Virus record (IMG/VR): IMGVR_UViG_3300009703_000004 | Length of the DNA stretch: 35,728 nt | Strand: one strand, 5' to 3' | Source: a virus | Shown: one piece after another, positions 8,272 through 19,491 of the stretch | Layout of the letters: every line of letters starts with the position of its first letter | How positions within the stretch are numbered: the first letter of the stretch is position 1 | The notes under the pieces: model-generated | The model's input: only the letters and a program-made list of their open reading frames with translations | Database searches by the model: none | What the model was told of the DNA's origin: nothing | Program-made: the position numbers and the translations under genes

Positions 8272-11200
8272 CTAGTTAAAATTCATTATGTTTCGTTGTG
8301 CACCTTTAAATAGCCAATCAGCATAAAACAAGTTATTATAAGGTATTAATCTTCTTATTATAGAAGCTCGTCTATTAGAAGATAAATTAGGATCTGATAA
8401 CATTTTAACTACATCAGCAGTTATATTACCTAAAGGCCCAAATGGTTCTCCTATTCTATCTCCTAAATCATCTGCAAATAAATTACCACCACCAACACTA
8501 GGTCTAATACCAAATTTATTATCACTCATAATTTCTAAAGAATTGTTAATATCTAGCCAATAAGAAGTTAATCCTGAATATTCTACACCTTTTATTATTT
8601 TTTCTTCTAAAGGTTTTTGATTCCAATAAGAAGGATTTCTCATATAATCAGACATAAATCCTAATCCTAACATAGCTAACATACCTGACATTTGTCCTTT
8701 ATGTCTACCTTGTAAAGATGACATTATAATTTTATTGTTTGCCGCAAATGCCCATGCCATAAATTGTATAGGCATTTTAAATATTTGATGTTGTCTTTGT
8801 TGATCTCCTCTTCCTATTACTCCATAAGATAATAATGGTTTGTCAGCACCAGTTGGAGTAACAATAGTATTAATTTGGTCTGCTCTAATAGCTCTTATAT
8901 ATCTTGCTGTTAATTCTGGATCTACGTCTGTCCATTCTTGCACATTAGAATAATAAATTTCTTTTCCTTTATGTGTTTTTTCTCCACCAGCTTTTGCCCA
9001 AGCTTTATGTATATTTATTAAATCTCTTTGTGATAAACCATATTGTCTTAATATAGACAAGTCATGTTGTAATGATTTGTTAGCTTGTTGAGTTGATTTA
9101 AATTTTTTCTTTTGTTTTTTAAATTCTTTTAAAGCTAAATCATTCATTAAATTTTCATTTTTAGCTATATCAAAATTTGGTTCATTTACTCTAGGATTTT
9201 TTGAGTGCATAATTTCATGTAATAAAACAAAATCTGCCCATTCATCAGGTGTATCAAACAAACCATCTTCTAAAGGTTTAACACCTTTTACTTTAGGATT
9301 TAACCATGCCTTTTGTTTAAATTTACTTTTAACAGCATCTTCATCTATAAATATTATTCGATCATTATAATTTGTAAAAGCTACTCTTCCATCTGTACTT
9401 TTACCATAGACTATAGAATAATTTGTTTTGGGTAATTTTACATGAAACGAATTTTTAGATAACCAAGCACCACTATATAAAATTCTATCAGCAGATATAA
9501 CACCTACCCATTGTTTTAATTTATCAGTCCAAGGGTTTAGTCCATTAGCATTATAAAAACTGTTTGAAGCATCATCTATCATTCCTAATGCTTTATCTCC
9601 AAATCTACCTAATTTTCTTGTTTGTTGAGATCCAACAGATTCTGACATAACTACACGATTTTTGTTTGCATTACTAAGACCACCTAATGACTCTCCAGTT
9701 ACTTCTATATCTCTTGCCGCCATTCCATACATAGTTCTTTCGTTTAAATCAGTTCCCCATGTTTTTAAATATTTTCCAAAAACATCTTTTAATCCTCTTG
9801 AAAGAATAATCTTACCAGAATCAGCAAAACTAGCTATCATTGCTTTTCCTAGCATAGTTATTTGACCTATTTGCATACCAGCTCTAATTAATTGATTACT
9901 AAGACTTCCTGAATCTGCGTTACCTAATCTTTGTAAAGCAATATCTCTAGCTAAATTTAATTCATTCTCTTGTTTTGTTAATTTTTTTTGAAATGCTTTA
10001 CTACCTTTAGTATTGATTTCGTCAGCATATCTTAAAGCAACATCATGTACTGCTTCTCTTATAGCTCTTTCTCCTAATCTATCTCCTTGAAATAATTTTG
10101 CCATTTCTATACTAGGCCCAAATTTCATATGATAAGTATTTGAAATTGATCTTATATCTGTTTCTATAAAATCAGCTATACCATTATGTTCTTTTAATAA
10201 TTGATAGTTAGGCATGTCTAGTTCTCTTTTTAAGAAAAATCTAGCTTGACCTTTACCAGCTATATTGTCGTAATTACCATCTGCTACATCATTAATAATT
10301 TTATTTGCTTGTTTTTTAGCTTGAGCAATAACAGCATTTTCTTTTTCTATATCTAATTGTTCTATTTGTTCTCTTGTAGCATTAGGTTTTAATTGTTCAT
10401 TAAGTTTTTGTCTAAGCTTACCTCTAGGGTTTTTAGTAAAATGAGGTACTAATATAGCAGATACAAAAGCATCATAGTTATCTCTTATAGAACCTTCTGA
10501 CCAAGACCTCATTAAATAATGAGCTTCATTAGGTGGCATTAAACTACCTTTTGTAAAATGTGTATCTGTAATTGTTTTTTGTAAATTTTTTAAATATAAA
10601 CTTTGTGCTTCTGTAGCTGGAGTTTTTAATTTATTTAATAGATCTTTCATATATTTTTCTTTAGCTACACTTGCTGGTGCATTTAATTGATCTTTTAAAT
10701 CTTTTAATAATTGTTCTTGTTTTGCAGTACCTTTACCTTTAGTTGTAGCTTTAGTAACATCTTGTAATCCATAAGCTTCAAATAATCTTTTTATTAAAAC
10801 ATTTCTATATTCTAATTGGTTTTGAGTTAATCCAATAGTATGATAGTCAGCATCTAATTGAGCTAACACTTCTTTATTATTTTGCAAACTTTCTTCTATA
10901 TGTTTTTCTATTGAATCAATTTTATTTTGAACACCTAATTTTATACTATTGTATTTTTTAAAATTCTTTTCTTTTTGTTCTATAATAGTATCTAAAATTT
11001 CTTCCATTTTAGCACTAGCACCTTCTTTCTTTTGTTGCCTTAAAAGAATAAAAAGTTCTTTATCTTCCATATCATTTAATAAAGTTAATAAATTTTTCTC
11101 TTCTAAATTCATCATAAAAATATCGTGAGGTGTTTTGTTTGTTTTCTTTTTTAGCTCTATATACGGAAAGTAATAACGATTATATTCATTTAAATCATTT

Positions 11201-12567
11201 TTAAATTCTGTTTCAATACCATCTTCTGTTCTCCATATACCAGCTTCTTCTCCTGCTTTACTAGCTTCTTCCATTTTGCTATTTACTAATTTAGCTGTAT
11301 TTTCTACTTGTGGTATTTCATGTACTATTGCTCCTTGTGGAACAGATTGACCATTAATTACTCTAGTATTATCTGAAGCATCTACTATAGCTTTTGTAAC
11401 TTCTCTTGCAAAATCATCTTCACTTATTTTATCAGACTTACTAAGTTTGTTTTTTATTTTTATACCTATTTTACTAATAGGAACATTAACTATCTTAGAA
11501 GGTTCTCCAGTTAAATCACCAGCATATCTTGCATATTCATCATTAATAGTACGAATTATAACTTGATTATTAAACAACCATTTTGAATCATTTGTTATAA
11601 CACTTCCTTCTTTCATATTTATTTCACCAGCTTTAGTAGCTCTACTTACTCTAGTATAATCACCAAGAAATTTATTTACAGTTATGCCACTTAAAGGAGC
11701 TTTAAATCTATTACTAACTGTACCAACAACAGATATGTTTTCCATTTTATCAAACCTAGCAAAAACTGGTGATGTGTTTTGGCTATCATCTAATTTACCT
11801 AATGCGTTTTCTTTTAAGTTTCTAACATTTTTAGGTCTTTCTTGATTTAATAGTTCTGATATTTTAATAGGAGATTTAATATCTGGTTCTTCTATAGGTG
11901 TTTCTAAACCACGAACTTTTGTTCTTTTAGTTTTTATTTTACTAGTAGGATTTCCTTCATCATATAATTGTGCTTGATTATATGTATCACCTATTTTACC
12001 TACATTCATTCCTCTAGTTAAATGCCCTATTGTTCCACTTAATAAACCACCAAAAAAAGCACTACCAGATATAGCATATACAGACTCTTCAAAAGTATGT
12101 GTTGGATCTCTTTCTGCTCTCCATACTTCTTGCACTGCTGATAAACCTGCTATTGAAGGTATAGCTCTTGTTGCTCCTTTAACAAATCCCATACCAAATG
12201 CTCCGGGAATTGGTACTAAATTAATAGGATCTAAAATTCCTGCCATTAACATAGATGTTATAGAATTATTAATAGACAAACTTTCTCTAATCTTTGTCAT
12301 TTCTGTGTGCATATATCCTATGTTATCAAATTCAGCTTGGCTTCTTGCTCTCATTAAATCACTATACACATTAGTAGGATAAGCAGATAACATATCACTA
12401 GTAACTCTAAAATTAGAATCAGGTCTAAATGACCAATTTTCTAATTTGTTTGCTAAAGGTTTATATACTAAAGATAAATTACTAGATACATCTCCCCACC
12501 ATGAAGGAGCTTCTTCAAATTTTTTAGGAGAAAAACTCCATAATGGACTATTGTTTATTCCAGCCAT
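8272..12567 (-). CDS. Giant internal virion / ejection protein with embedded HExxH zincin-like motif
   Basis: 1431 aa, positioned between the other internal proteins and the fibres. Gly/hydrophobic segments occur at both ends. HEIMH at residues 1117-1121 (nt 9205-9219, verified by translation). The middle is long and Lys/Glu-rich, apparently helical. Confidence 0.6.
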   Translation of the reverse strand: MAGINNSPLWSFSPKKFEEAPSWWGDVSSNLSLVYKPLANKLENWSFRPDSNFRVTSDMLSAYPTNVYSDLMRARSQAEFDNIGYMHTEMTKIRESLSINNSITSMLMAGILDPINLVPIPGAFGMGFVKGATRAIPSIAGLSAVQEVWRAERDPTHTFEESVYAISGSAFFGGLLSGTIGHLTRGMNVGKIGDTYNQAQLYDEGNPTSKIKTKRTKVRGLETPIEEPDIKSPIKISELLNQERPKNVRNLKENALGKLDDSQNTSPVFARFDKMENISVVGTVSNRFKAPLSGITVNKFLGDYTRVSRATKAGEINMKEGSVITNDSKWLFNNQVIIRTINDEYARYAGDLTGEPSKIVNVPISKIGIKIKNKLSKSDKISEDDFAREVTKAIVDASDNTRVINGQSVPQGAIVHEIPQVENTAKLVNSKMEEASKAGEEAGIWRTEDGIETEFKNDLNEYNRYYFPYIELKKKTNKTPHDIFMMNLEEKNLLTLLNDMEDKELFILLRQQKKEGASAKMEEILDTIIEQKEKNFKKYNSIKLGVQNKIDSIEKHIEESLQNNKEVLAQLDADYHTIGLTQNQLEYRNVLIKRLFEAYGLQDVTKATTKGKGTAKQEQLLKDLKDQLNAPASVAKEKYMKDLLNKLKTPATEAQSLYLKNLQKTITDTHFTKGSLMPPNEAHYLMRSWSEGSIRDNYDAFVSAILVPHFTKNPRGKLRQKLNEQLKPNATREQIEQLDIEKENAVIAQAKKQANKIINDVADGNYDNIAGKGQARFFLKRELDMPNYQLLKEHNGIADFIETDIRSISNTYHMKFGPSIEMAKLFQGDRLGERAIREAVHDVALRYADEINTKGSKAFQKKLTKQENELNLARDIALQRLGNADSGSLSNQLIRAGMQIGQITMLGKAMIASFADSGKIILSRGLKDVFGKYLKTWGTDLNERTMYGMAARDIEVTGESLGGLSNANKNRVVMSESVGSQQTRKLGRFGDKALGMIDDASNSFYNANGLNPWTDKLKQWVGVISADRILYSGAWLSKNSFHVKLPKTNYSIVYGKSTDGRVAFTNYNDRIIFIDEDAVKSKFKQKAWLNPKVKGVKPLEDGLFDTPDEWADFVLLHEIMHSKNPRVNEPNFDIAKNENLMNDLALKEFKKQKKKFKSTQQANKSLQHDLSILRQYGLSQRDLINIHKAWAKAGGEKTHKGKEIYYSNVQEWTDVDPELTARYIRAIRADQINTIVTPTGADKPLLSYGVIGRGDQQRQHQIFKMPIQFMAWAFAANNKIIMSSLQGRHKGQMSGMLAMLGLGFMSDYMRNPSYWNQKPLEEKIIKGVEYSGLTSYWLDINNSLEIMSDNKFGIRPSVGGGNLFADDLGDRIGEPFGPLGNITADVVKMLSDPNLSSNRRASIIRRLIPYNNLFYADWLFKGAQRNIMNFN

Positions 12568-15500
12568 TAAATAACTTGCCCTTGTTTTTTAGGAAGATAC
12601 ATAATATTCATTCGTTCTTTTATAAGATCAGATAAGGCATCATTAAATTCATCGTCTTGTAATCTTTTTATATAATTATCTGGACTTCCTTTACTTGCTC
12701 CTTTCTTAGTATTGTAATTAGTAGCATAAGATTGAGCTCTTCCTTTATCTCCTTTAACAAAAGAAGAAGAAGGTCTACCATCAAACAAAGCATAGTGTAA
12801 TCTAGCTACTGAAGCACTAATTAAAGGTATAGCTAAATCTTCTCTGGTCATATTAATAAATTTAAAATTTAGATTAGGAATTGTATCGTTAATTAATTGC
12901 TCTAAAACTTTTGCATTAGTTACTAATTTTCCATCTTTTACATTACTATTAGGGTAACCTCTTTTAAATAACTCTTGTTTTAAATTACCCATTGATTCTT
13001 GATTTTGCCAAATACCATAATCAGAACTTCTTGAAAAAGCTGTATAGTTAGATCCTTGTTTTATAGTACCAAAATTACTTTCTACCCATGCTGTTTCTAT
13101 TAAATGTCTTTTAACATTAGCATAATTACCTGCTGGTAATGCACTAGCTACTAACTCTGCTGAATCATGTACTGTTGCCGCTCCTTTTCCTTCAAATCTA
13201 CTAACAATAGATGCTGTAGTATTATTATCGTGCATAGGTACTTCTGTTACAAAAGATATATTTCTAAATAAAGTACCATCAGGATCTACTTCTTGACCTT
13301 CTTGGTCTTTTTTAATTTTATCCATATCGTTTAACAATTTAATAATTTTGTTATTAGAATCTTTCATTATAGATTCTGTATCTATATCTTCATTTTGCAC
13401 TCCACTAGATAAATCAGTTGTTACTGCTTTTTGTTTATCTGTTATGTCATTTACTTCTTTTGCAAATGCTCGCCATTTTTGATATTCATTTATTTCTGAT
13501 TGCTTTCCACTTTTTAAAGATTGTAAATCTAATTCTATTGGTGTTCCATTAGCATCTTCAGCTATACCTAATATATTTGTAGTTGGCCCTCCTTCATCAT
13601 CTATTAAAACTATATTGTATGTGCCATTATCATTTTTTCCTAAAGTATAAGTTACTCCTAAAACCATTATTGCTTCTTGTTGAACACCATCTGCATCTTT
13701 ATAAAGAACAGTATTACCTTCATACATTTTTGAATCATACCCTTTATCTGTTTCTATCATAGTACCAAGATAATCCATTTCGTTACTTATACTCCTCTTA
13801 TATAATTCTTTACTACTTCTAGTATTTTCTGCATTAAAATTACTTAATCTGTATGTTTGTTCTTGATCTAAAGGATTATCTAAAATGCCATTTAATGCTC
13901 TAGCTACTGCATAATCTACATAAACATTTTTTATATCTCCACCAACTGCATCAATATTATCTGCTAAATTTTTTATGGTTTTATTTTGGTCTGTGTTATT
14001 AAAAAGAGTAAGATTTTCATGTATTTCGTGATTATAAAAACCTAAGTTATCTTCTTTTTTATGTTTAGGCCCTATATAACCTCCATCTGTTTCTATATTT
14101 TTTGTTACACTTTTAGCAACATCTATAATAATTTGATCTAATTCATCTATAGTAGGTTTAGAATCTGATAATGCTGTTCTACTAGTTAAATATTGTTGGA
14201 CTTCATCTAAGATTTGTATTTTATGTTCTGGTGTTATAACCATTGCATTAACATCTAGCTTATCATTATGTATAGCTAATACAGTAGTCATATAATCAAA
14301 TACATTTGTTTTAGCTATTCGTTTAGTACCATCAAATTTACCATCATCATCTGCTAAAATTAAATTATTTAAATTTTCTACTTGTTCTTTGTTATAAGCC
14401 ATTTTAACTTTAGGAAGTATATCATTAATTATTTCAGCATTTCTTTCTGGACTTTCATTTAGACCTATAACACTAGATAATGTTGCATATATACCTTTAA
14501 TTCTAGGATCTATATTAGATGTAGCCCACAATTCTTTTAAATTCTTATCACGTTGTATAGCATGATAAGCACCTAAATGAAATTTACCTATATCTTCTGC
14601 ACTAGCAGTATTAATGCCTTCAAACATTCTTTGCAAACTACTAGGAAAAATATCAAATTCTTTTACAACACCAAGTAATTCTACAATTTTTGTTGCATTA
14701 ACATCTTGATTACTTCCTAAATTATTAACAAAATTACTTATATCATAATTTTCATTAATTAAATAATCCATAAATTTAACATTTTCTGCATCTGTAAATT
14801 CAGAAATTATACCAGAAATTTTTGGATTAGATTGAATAGTTAACCATCTAGCATAATTTTTTGAAAACTCTGTTTGAGTGTTTTGACCAGCAAGATAATT
14901 AGCTCTATTGTCTAATTGTATTCCTATTTTATTTCTTAAATCTAAATTAGGAACTAGTTTATCAATAGTTTCTTTTGTATAAATTTGAATGTTACCATCT
15001 TGATCTACAAGCTCTACTGCTGTTTCATCATGTCCTCTAAACATTTGACCTATTTTTTCAAAATCTTCTACATCATTTATTAAACCACCTTCATCATCTC
15101 TTAAATTTAATATAGTTTTTAATGAATCATAATTAACAAAATACTGAATATATCTTCTTTCTTCTTCTGCTTGATCTGGGTGTATTAAACCTAATTTAAT
15201 TCTTTCATTTAAGTTTTCAGATAAAGCTTCATTAGCAGATAAAATATCATTTTGGCTTGTAGCTACTAACCTTTTATCTACTAACGGATCCCATTGAGAA
15301 TTTAAATTATCTACATTCATATTATATATTTGATGAACTTTAGCTTTTCTTGATCTTTCTAAATAACTATTTTTAATTTGTGTGCCAACATTCATCATTG
15401 TTGTTTGATGTTCTGGAGAAATATTTTCTATAATAGAGCTTAAACTATTATCAAATAAGCTTTCCATTTTTTCAGGCTCATAAAAAGTATCAGTAAATAT

Positions 15501-15851
15501 TTGAGATAAACGAGTTTCAATATCAGTTTTAATTTCTCTTTTATACATATTATTTACTACTGATTGATAATTTTTATTGTAAACACTACCACCTTCTGTC
15601 ATAGGAGGAGGCATAACTGTTAAACCAGTTTCATCTTTTGCAAACTCTATACCTTCTGCATCTATAATTGCTTGATGTTTAGCATCTTCTAACGCATATT
15701 TAGCAAACTGTGAATATAATTTGCCACTAGATTGAGCTACTTGTCCCCATGCTTGAGCTTCAGCATTATTAACTTTTACGTTAGCTGGTGTAACTGTTCT
15801 AAAATTACCTAACTGCCTTCTTTGTATTGATTTACTATATCTCTCTGCCAT
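12567..15851 (-). CDS. Internal virion protein with C-terminal lytic-transglycosylase-like domain
   Basis: 1094 aa. ETAWVESNFG...SSDYGIWQNQ (catalytic Glu codon at 13080-13082) matches the SLT pattern E-S...GLMQ. ATGA coupling to neighbouring genes. Confidence 0.6.
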   Translation of the reverse strand: MAERYSKSIQRRQLGNFRTVTPANVKVNNAEAQAWGQVAQSSGKLYSQFAKYALEDAKHQAIIDAEGIEFAKDETGLTVMPPPMTEGGSVYNKNYQSVVNNMYKREIKTDIETRLSQIFTDTFYEPEKMESLFDNSLSSIIENISPEHQTTMMNVGTQIKNSYLERSRKAKVHQIYNMNVDNLNSQWDPLVDKRLVATSQNDILSANEALSENLNERIKLGLIHPDQAEEERRYIQYFVNYDSLKTILNLRDDEGGLINDVEDFEKIGQMFRGHDETAVELVDQDGNIQIYTKETIDKLVPNLDLRNKIGIQLDNRANYLAGQNTQTEFSKNYARWLTIQSNPKISGIISEFTDAENVKFMDYLINENYDISNFVNNLGSNQDVNATKIVELLGVVKEFDIFPSSLQRMFEGINTASAEDIGKFHLGAYHAIQRDKNLKELWATSNIDPRIKGIYATLSSVIGLNESPERNAEIINDILPKVKMAYNKEQVENLNNLILADDDGKFDGTKRIAKTNVFDYMTTVLAIHNDKLDVNAMVITPEHKIQILDEVQQYLTSRTALSDSKPTIDELDQIIIDVAKSVTKNIETDGGYIGPKHKKEDNLGFYNHEIHENLTLFNNTDQNKTIKNLADNIDAVGGDIKNVYVDYAVARALNGILDNPLDQEQTYRLSNFNAENTRSSKELYKRSISNEMDYLGTMIETDKGYDSKMYEGNTVLYKDADGVQQEAIMVLGVTYTLGKNDNGTYNIVLIDDEGGPTTNILGIAEDANGTPIELDLQSLKSGKQSEINEYQKWRAFAKEVNDITDKQKAVTTDLSSGVQNEDIDTESIMKDSNNKIIKLLNDMDKIKKDQEGQEVDPDGTLFRNISFVTEVPMHDNNTTASIVSRFEGKGAATVHDSAELVASALPAGNYANVKRHLIETAWVESNFGTIKQGSNYTAFSRSSDYGIWQNQESMGNLKQELFKRGYPNSNVKDGKLVTNAKVLEQLINDTIPNLNFKFINMTREDLAIPLISASVARLHYALFDGRPSSSFVKGDKGRAQSYATNYNTKKGASKGSPDNYIKRLQDDEFNDALSDLIKERMNIMYLPKKQGQVI

Positions 15852-16369
15852 TATAATATTGCCTTTTCATTTGAAGAAGGAATTTTTGCTTCTTGATAAG
15901 TAGCACCAGCACCTAATAAAGTAGATCCTGCACTAAACATTCCTGCTTTTCTTACTGCACTTGCACCATACCCTGCATTAGATACTGAAGTTTTATTAAT
16001 AGCTATTTGAGATGCTATACGACTTTGTCCTATACCAGCTCCTAAACGTATTTGACTTACATCAAACTTATAAGCTTCTTTATCTGCATTAGCCATAGCT
16101 AAATAACTTGCACTATCCCTTCCTCTATTCATAGCTCTCATAGTAGATAAACTTTCGTTTAATCTTTTACGTCTTTCCATTTCTTCATCATGTGCTCTTA
16201 TTCTTTCAAGTGCCGCTTCTTCTTCTAGCTGTTGATTTCTTATTTCAGCATTTCTTCTATCGACTGCCGCTTGAGCTTCCATAGCATTTGCTTGTGCTTG
16301 GGATTGTTGGTATTGACCATAGGCACTAACACCTGCTGATATTAACATTAATGTTGTTGCTTCGCACAT
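15851..16369 (-). CDS. Small internal virion protein (coiled-coil plus Gly/Ala-rich C-terminus)
   Basis: Position is between the nozzle and the large internal proteins. Composition QQSQAQANAMEAQAAVDRRNAEIRNQQLEEEAALERI. Confidence 0.4.
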   Translation of the reverse strand: MCEATTLMLISAGVSAYGQYQQSQAQANAMEAQAAVDRRNAEIRNQQLEEEAALERIRAHDEEMERRKRLNESLSTMRAMNRGRDSASYLAMANADKEAYKFDVSQIRLGAGIGQSRIASQIAINKTSVSNAGYGASAVRKAGMFSAGSTLLGAGATYQEAKIPSSNEKAIL

Positions 16370-18558
16370 TAGAATCCGTACTCCATGACTAAACCAGTAA
16401 TCCTCATAGGTAAAGGATCTGATTGTGTTATTGTAATAGTTCTATCTTTACCATAACCTAATACATAGAACTCTTTAAGTCCAGTAAAGGAACTAGGTGC
16501 AATAGAAAAGTCATCTGTTACTTGACGTAATGTAATTTGGCTACCTTCTAAAGAAGATGCTAAAGAACTATCTAATCCCATTATAACTCTTGATACTCTT
16601 TTAGGTTGACCTCTTAAACTACCACTAGATAATACTGCTTCTACTGGCATAGTTTCTGCTGTAACTGAATAATCATATCCTACTGTTATTGTATCACATT
16701 CCATACCAGCACTTAATGTTAATACACCAGAACCACTTACAGTAAATTCACCTAAATAATAATCACCAGTACGAACTTTAACTGTTTTATTATTATAGTC
16801 TGTTAATCCAGTAAATGTTAATCCAGCACTTCCTATAGTATATGTTTTAGAATGATCTAAAGTATTTGATTCATCTCCTAATTCTTCTAAAAAATAATCA
16901 CTTCCTCTTAATACTGTAAAGAAACATCTTGTACCTACAGCTTCTACACTTTTAAAACTAGCTCCAGTCTGCGACCAATGTGTCCACCCTGCTATTTTTT
17001 CTGTTCTTACAGAATGAAAGTTTGCTATAGTTCCATCATTATTTACAAACAAAGCATATTGTTCTGGTCTATTAGCAGATCCATTAAACACAGCTAAATC
17101 TATTGGTGTTAATATTAAATGAGAAGATAACAAAGATAAACTGTTTGCTGAATAAGATAACTCTGTATCTGTAAATAATAATTCTCTTACTGTTCTTCCA
17201 CTTTTTTGAACAAACATTGTTCCACCATCAAAAGCTTTAGCATTTACAAAATTAGAACCATATGTTGTTTGCCTTCTTATATTAAAATTTTCAGGTGTTA
17301 AAACAGAAGTTTCACTTTGAGGGCAATAAAATTCTGCATTAGCAGTAAACACTTGTAAATGTCTGTTAGATATTAAATGACGTATATCTGCTACTCTATC
17401 CATACCAATAGAACTTTGTATGCTTTCATCATCTTCACCTTCTCCAACATCAAAGTTAAAATATCCATCTACTTTAGATGACCATAACCAATCAGGTTGT
17501 GATTTAGAACCACCAAACCATAATCTCCCATCATGGAATGTAACACTTGCAGGGTATCCTCTTTCAGCAGAAAAACTTTGTTCTTTCCATTCTGTATTAG
17601 TAGAATTAGCACCACTTACTTTAATCATTGGGCCACCACCAGCAGTAGTTTGATTAGCATTATTACTGCCACCTACTGTAAATTGATATGTGTCTGCATT
17701 ATTAACAGTAATAGTATGTGAAGTATTAATATCGGCGGCTAATATAGTTGCTATAGTATTAGCTCCACTTACAGTTATAGTAGCTCCATCAACATATCCA
17801 TGAAGAGGATCTTGAACAACAAGAGTTTTACTGCCAGTTGTAGAAGTAAAAGCATTTTCTATTAATGACTTTTCTAATACACCAAATATAGTAGCTGTTG
17901 CAGAAGTAGCACTTCCTACTGCTGTAATTTTTAAAGAGGTATCATTAATTTTTAAATATGTATTAATATGATTAGAAGTAAATTGATCGGCACTAGATGT
18001 AACTGTTACTGAACCAGTAGAACTATTACAAGATAATGTTGTAGCACTATCAGCAAATTTGTAATAAGGTTGGAATACATTTTCATCATCACCATCAAAT
18101 TCATAATTACTTACAGTAAACGTAGTTAATCCAGTTCTTAACAATACTTGTGTAATCATATCTGGGTGGCAGATAATCATAGTATCGCCTGATTGTGCAA
18201 CATTTAATTGGAATATTGTACTAGTAGTCCAAGGGCAACTAGTAACACTAGCTACTATTGCATTAGTTTCTAAATAATAAACATCTAATCTTTGATGACC
18301 AAAAGCTATTATATATTGTTCATTATCATCAAAATCAAAAGCTATTAATCTAGCATTACCAGTAAGACCTACTAGTCTTTTTGTTCCTGCTCTTCTATAA
18401 ACTCCACCTTGAGGTAAAATATTTAAATTTTTTAATTGTTTTGCACCATTAGCATAAGCGGCAACATCACTTCTCATATTCATTAATGGATCTAACTCGC
18501 CACTAGCAAAACTAGTTTTATGCTGACGTAGTTTATTTACACTACTTTTTAAAGCCAA
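16369..18558 (-). CDS. Tail tubular protein B / nozzle-like protein
   Basis: 729 aa. N-terminus FASGELDPLMNMRSDVAAYANGAKQLKNLNILPQGGVYRRAGTK resembles podovirus nozzle proteins. Position is downstream of capsid and adaptor. Confidence 0.55.
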   Translation of the reverse strand: MALKSSVNKLRQHKTSFASGELDPLMNMRSDVAAYANGAKQLKNLNILPQGGVYRRAGTKRLVGLTGNARLIAFDFDDNEQYIIAFGHQRLDVYYLETNAIVASVTSCPWTTSTIFQLNVAQSGDTMIICHPDMITQVLLRTGLTTFTVSNYEFDGDDENVFQPYYKFADSATTLSCNSSTGSVTVTSSADQFTSNHINTYLKINDTSLKITAVGSATSATATIFGVLEKSLIENAFTSTTGSKTLVVQDPLHGYVDGATITVSGANTIATILAADINTSHTITVNNADTYQFTVGGSNNANQTTAGGGPMIKVSGANSTNTEWKEQSFSAERGYPASVTFHDGRLWFGGSKSQPDWLWSSKVDGYFNFDVGEGEDDESIQSSIGMDRVADIRHLISNRHLQVFTANAEFYCPQSETSVLTPENFNIRRQTTYGSNFVNAKAFDGGTMFVQKSGRTVRELLFTDTELSYSANSLSLLSSHLILTPIDLAVFNGSANRPEQYALFVNNDGTIANFHSVRTEKIAGWTHWSQTGASFKSVEAVGTRCFFTVLRGSDYFLEELGDESNTLDHSKTYTIGSAGLTFTGLTDYNNKTVKVRTGDYYLGEFTVSGSGVLTLSAGMECDTITVGYDYSVTAETMPVEAVLSSGSLRGQPKRVSRVIMGLDSSLASSLEGSQITLRQVTDDFSIAPSSFTGLKEFYVLGYGKDRTITITQSDPLPMRITGLVMEYGF

Positions 18559-19185
18559 CTATTCCTCCACTATGCCTTCAAGCTGTGAAGAGCTCTTACT
18601 ATTCCTTGTGTTAATAAATCTTGATGTTACAAATTTTTTGGTAGTATTTTGTTGACTATCCATATTTCTAGCAAAAGCTAATTGTCTACCTGCTTTTTGT
18701 TCTAATGCTACACTTAACTCTGTATTTTGTGCTACAGCAAAAGCAAACAAAGAAGCTAAAGTTAATTCTGCTGTATATATAAAATATGCTGGAAAAAATA
18801 TAGCAGGATTAGTAGCACCTTCATCATAATAAGTATAATCAGCATAAACTTTATCAGTAGATGTTGCATTGCAATATGCCATATCACCATATCTATTATA
18901 TTTAATAGGTTTATCATTAACTATAATAGTATGTAAACTTAACATATCACTAGGTAATTGATAAGCACTATCCCATATAGCATCTGGAGCATCTGTTAAT
19001 CTGGATAATTGTGATTGTTTACTAGCAAATCTCCAACGATAACTAGATATTAAATTTTTAATTGTATCAGTATATAAATTAGAAGATACTTTACTTTCGG
19101 TAGTTCCGTCTGCAAAACTTGTTATTGGCTCTGCACCTATCATTATTAATGCTCTTGCACATATATCAATGTCGGTTGTTGCCAT
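18559..19185 (-). CDS. Head-tail adaptor / tail tubular protein A-like
   Basis: DICARALIMIGAEPITSF...YRWRFA resembles the podovirus gp11-like pattern. The call also rests on position. Confidence 0.45.
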   Translation of the reverse strand: MATTDIDICARALIMIGAEPITSFADGTTESKVSSNLYTDTIKNLISSYRWRFASKQSQLSRLTDAPDAIWDSAYQLPSDMLSLHTIIVNDKPIKYNRYGDMAYCNATSTDKVYADYTYYDEGATNPAIFFPAYFIYTAELTLASLFAFAVAQNTELSVALEQKAGRQLAFARNMDSQQNTTKKFVTSRFINTRNSKSSSQLEGIVEE

Positions 19186-19200
19186 TTTAATTCCTTAGAA

Positions 19201-19232
19201 ATATAGGGAGAAAGATTACTCCTCCTCCCTAT
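19201..19232 (-). terminator. Hairpin after the capsid genes (putative partial terminator)
   Basis: TATAGGGAG (19201-19209) pairs with CTCCCTATA (19224-19232). On the transcribed strand it is followed by TTTCT. It lies just downstream of the 81-aa ORF stop. Confidence 0.4.
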
Positions 19233-19240
19233 AATTAGTG

Positions 19241-19486
19241 TTAAGCTAGTACTGCTACAGTTACAGTTGCCGCGCCAGTTGCAGATGTTACAGTTGCAAG
19301 GTCAATGGCAGGTGCACCACCAGTTGCACTTACAATAGCTATTACATCAAACTGTTTTAATTCATTAGTTACATCATTAAAGTAACCAGAATTGTCAATG
19401 TCGCCAACAGCTTCTGTAGATTGGTATATCCACATTGCAGGATTAGCTCCACCAACTTTGTATAATTTAGTTCTATCTAAAGCCAT
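19241..19486 (-). CDS. Small capsid-associated protein (decoration/cement candidate, by position)
   Basis: 81 aa immediately after the major capsid gene. Ala/Thr/Val-rich C-terminus. No motif recognised. Confidence 0.35.
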   Translation of the reverse strand: MALDRTKLYKVGGANPAMWIYQSTEAVGDIDNSGYFNDVTNELKQFDVIAIVSATGGAPAIDLATVTSATGAATVTVAVLA

Positions 19487-19491
19487 GTTAC

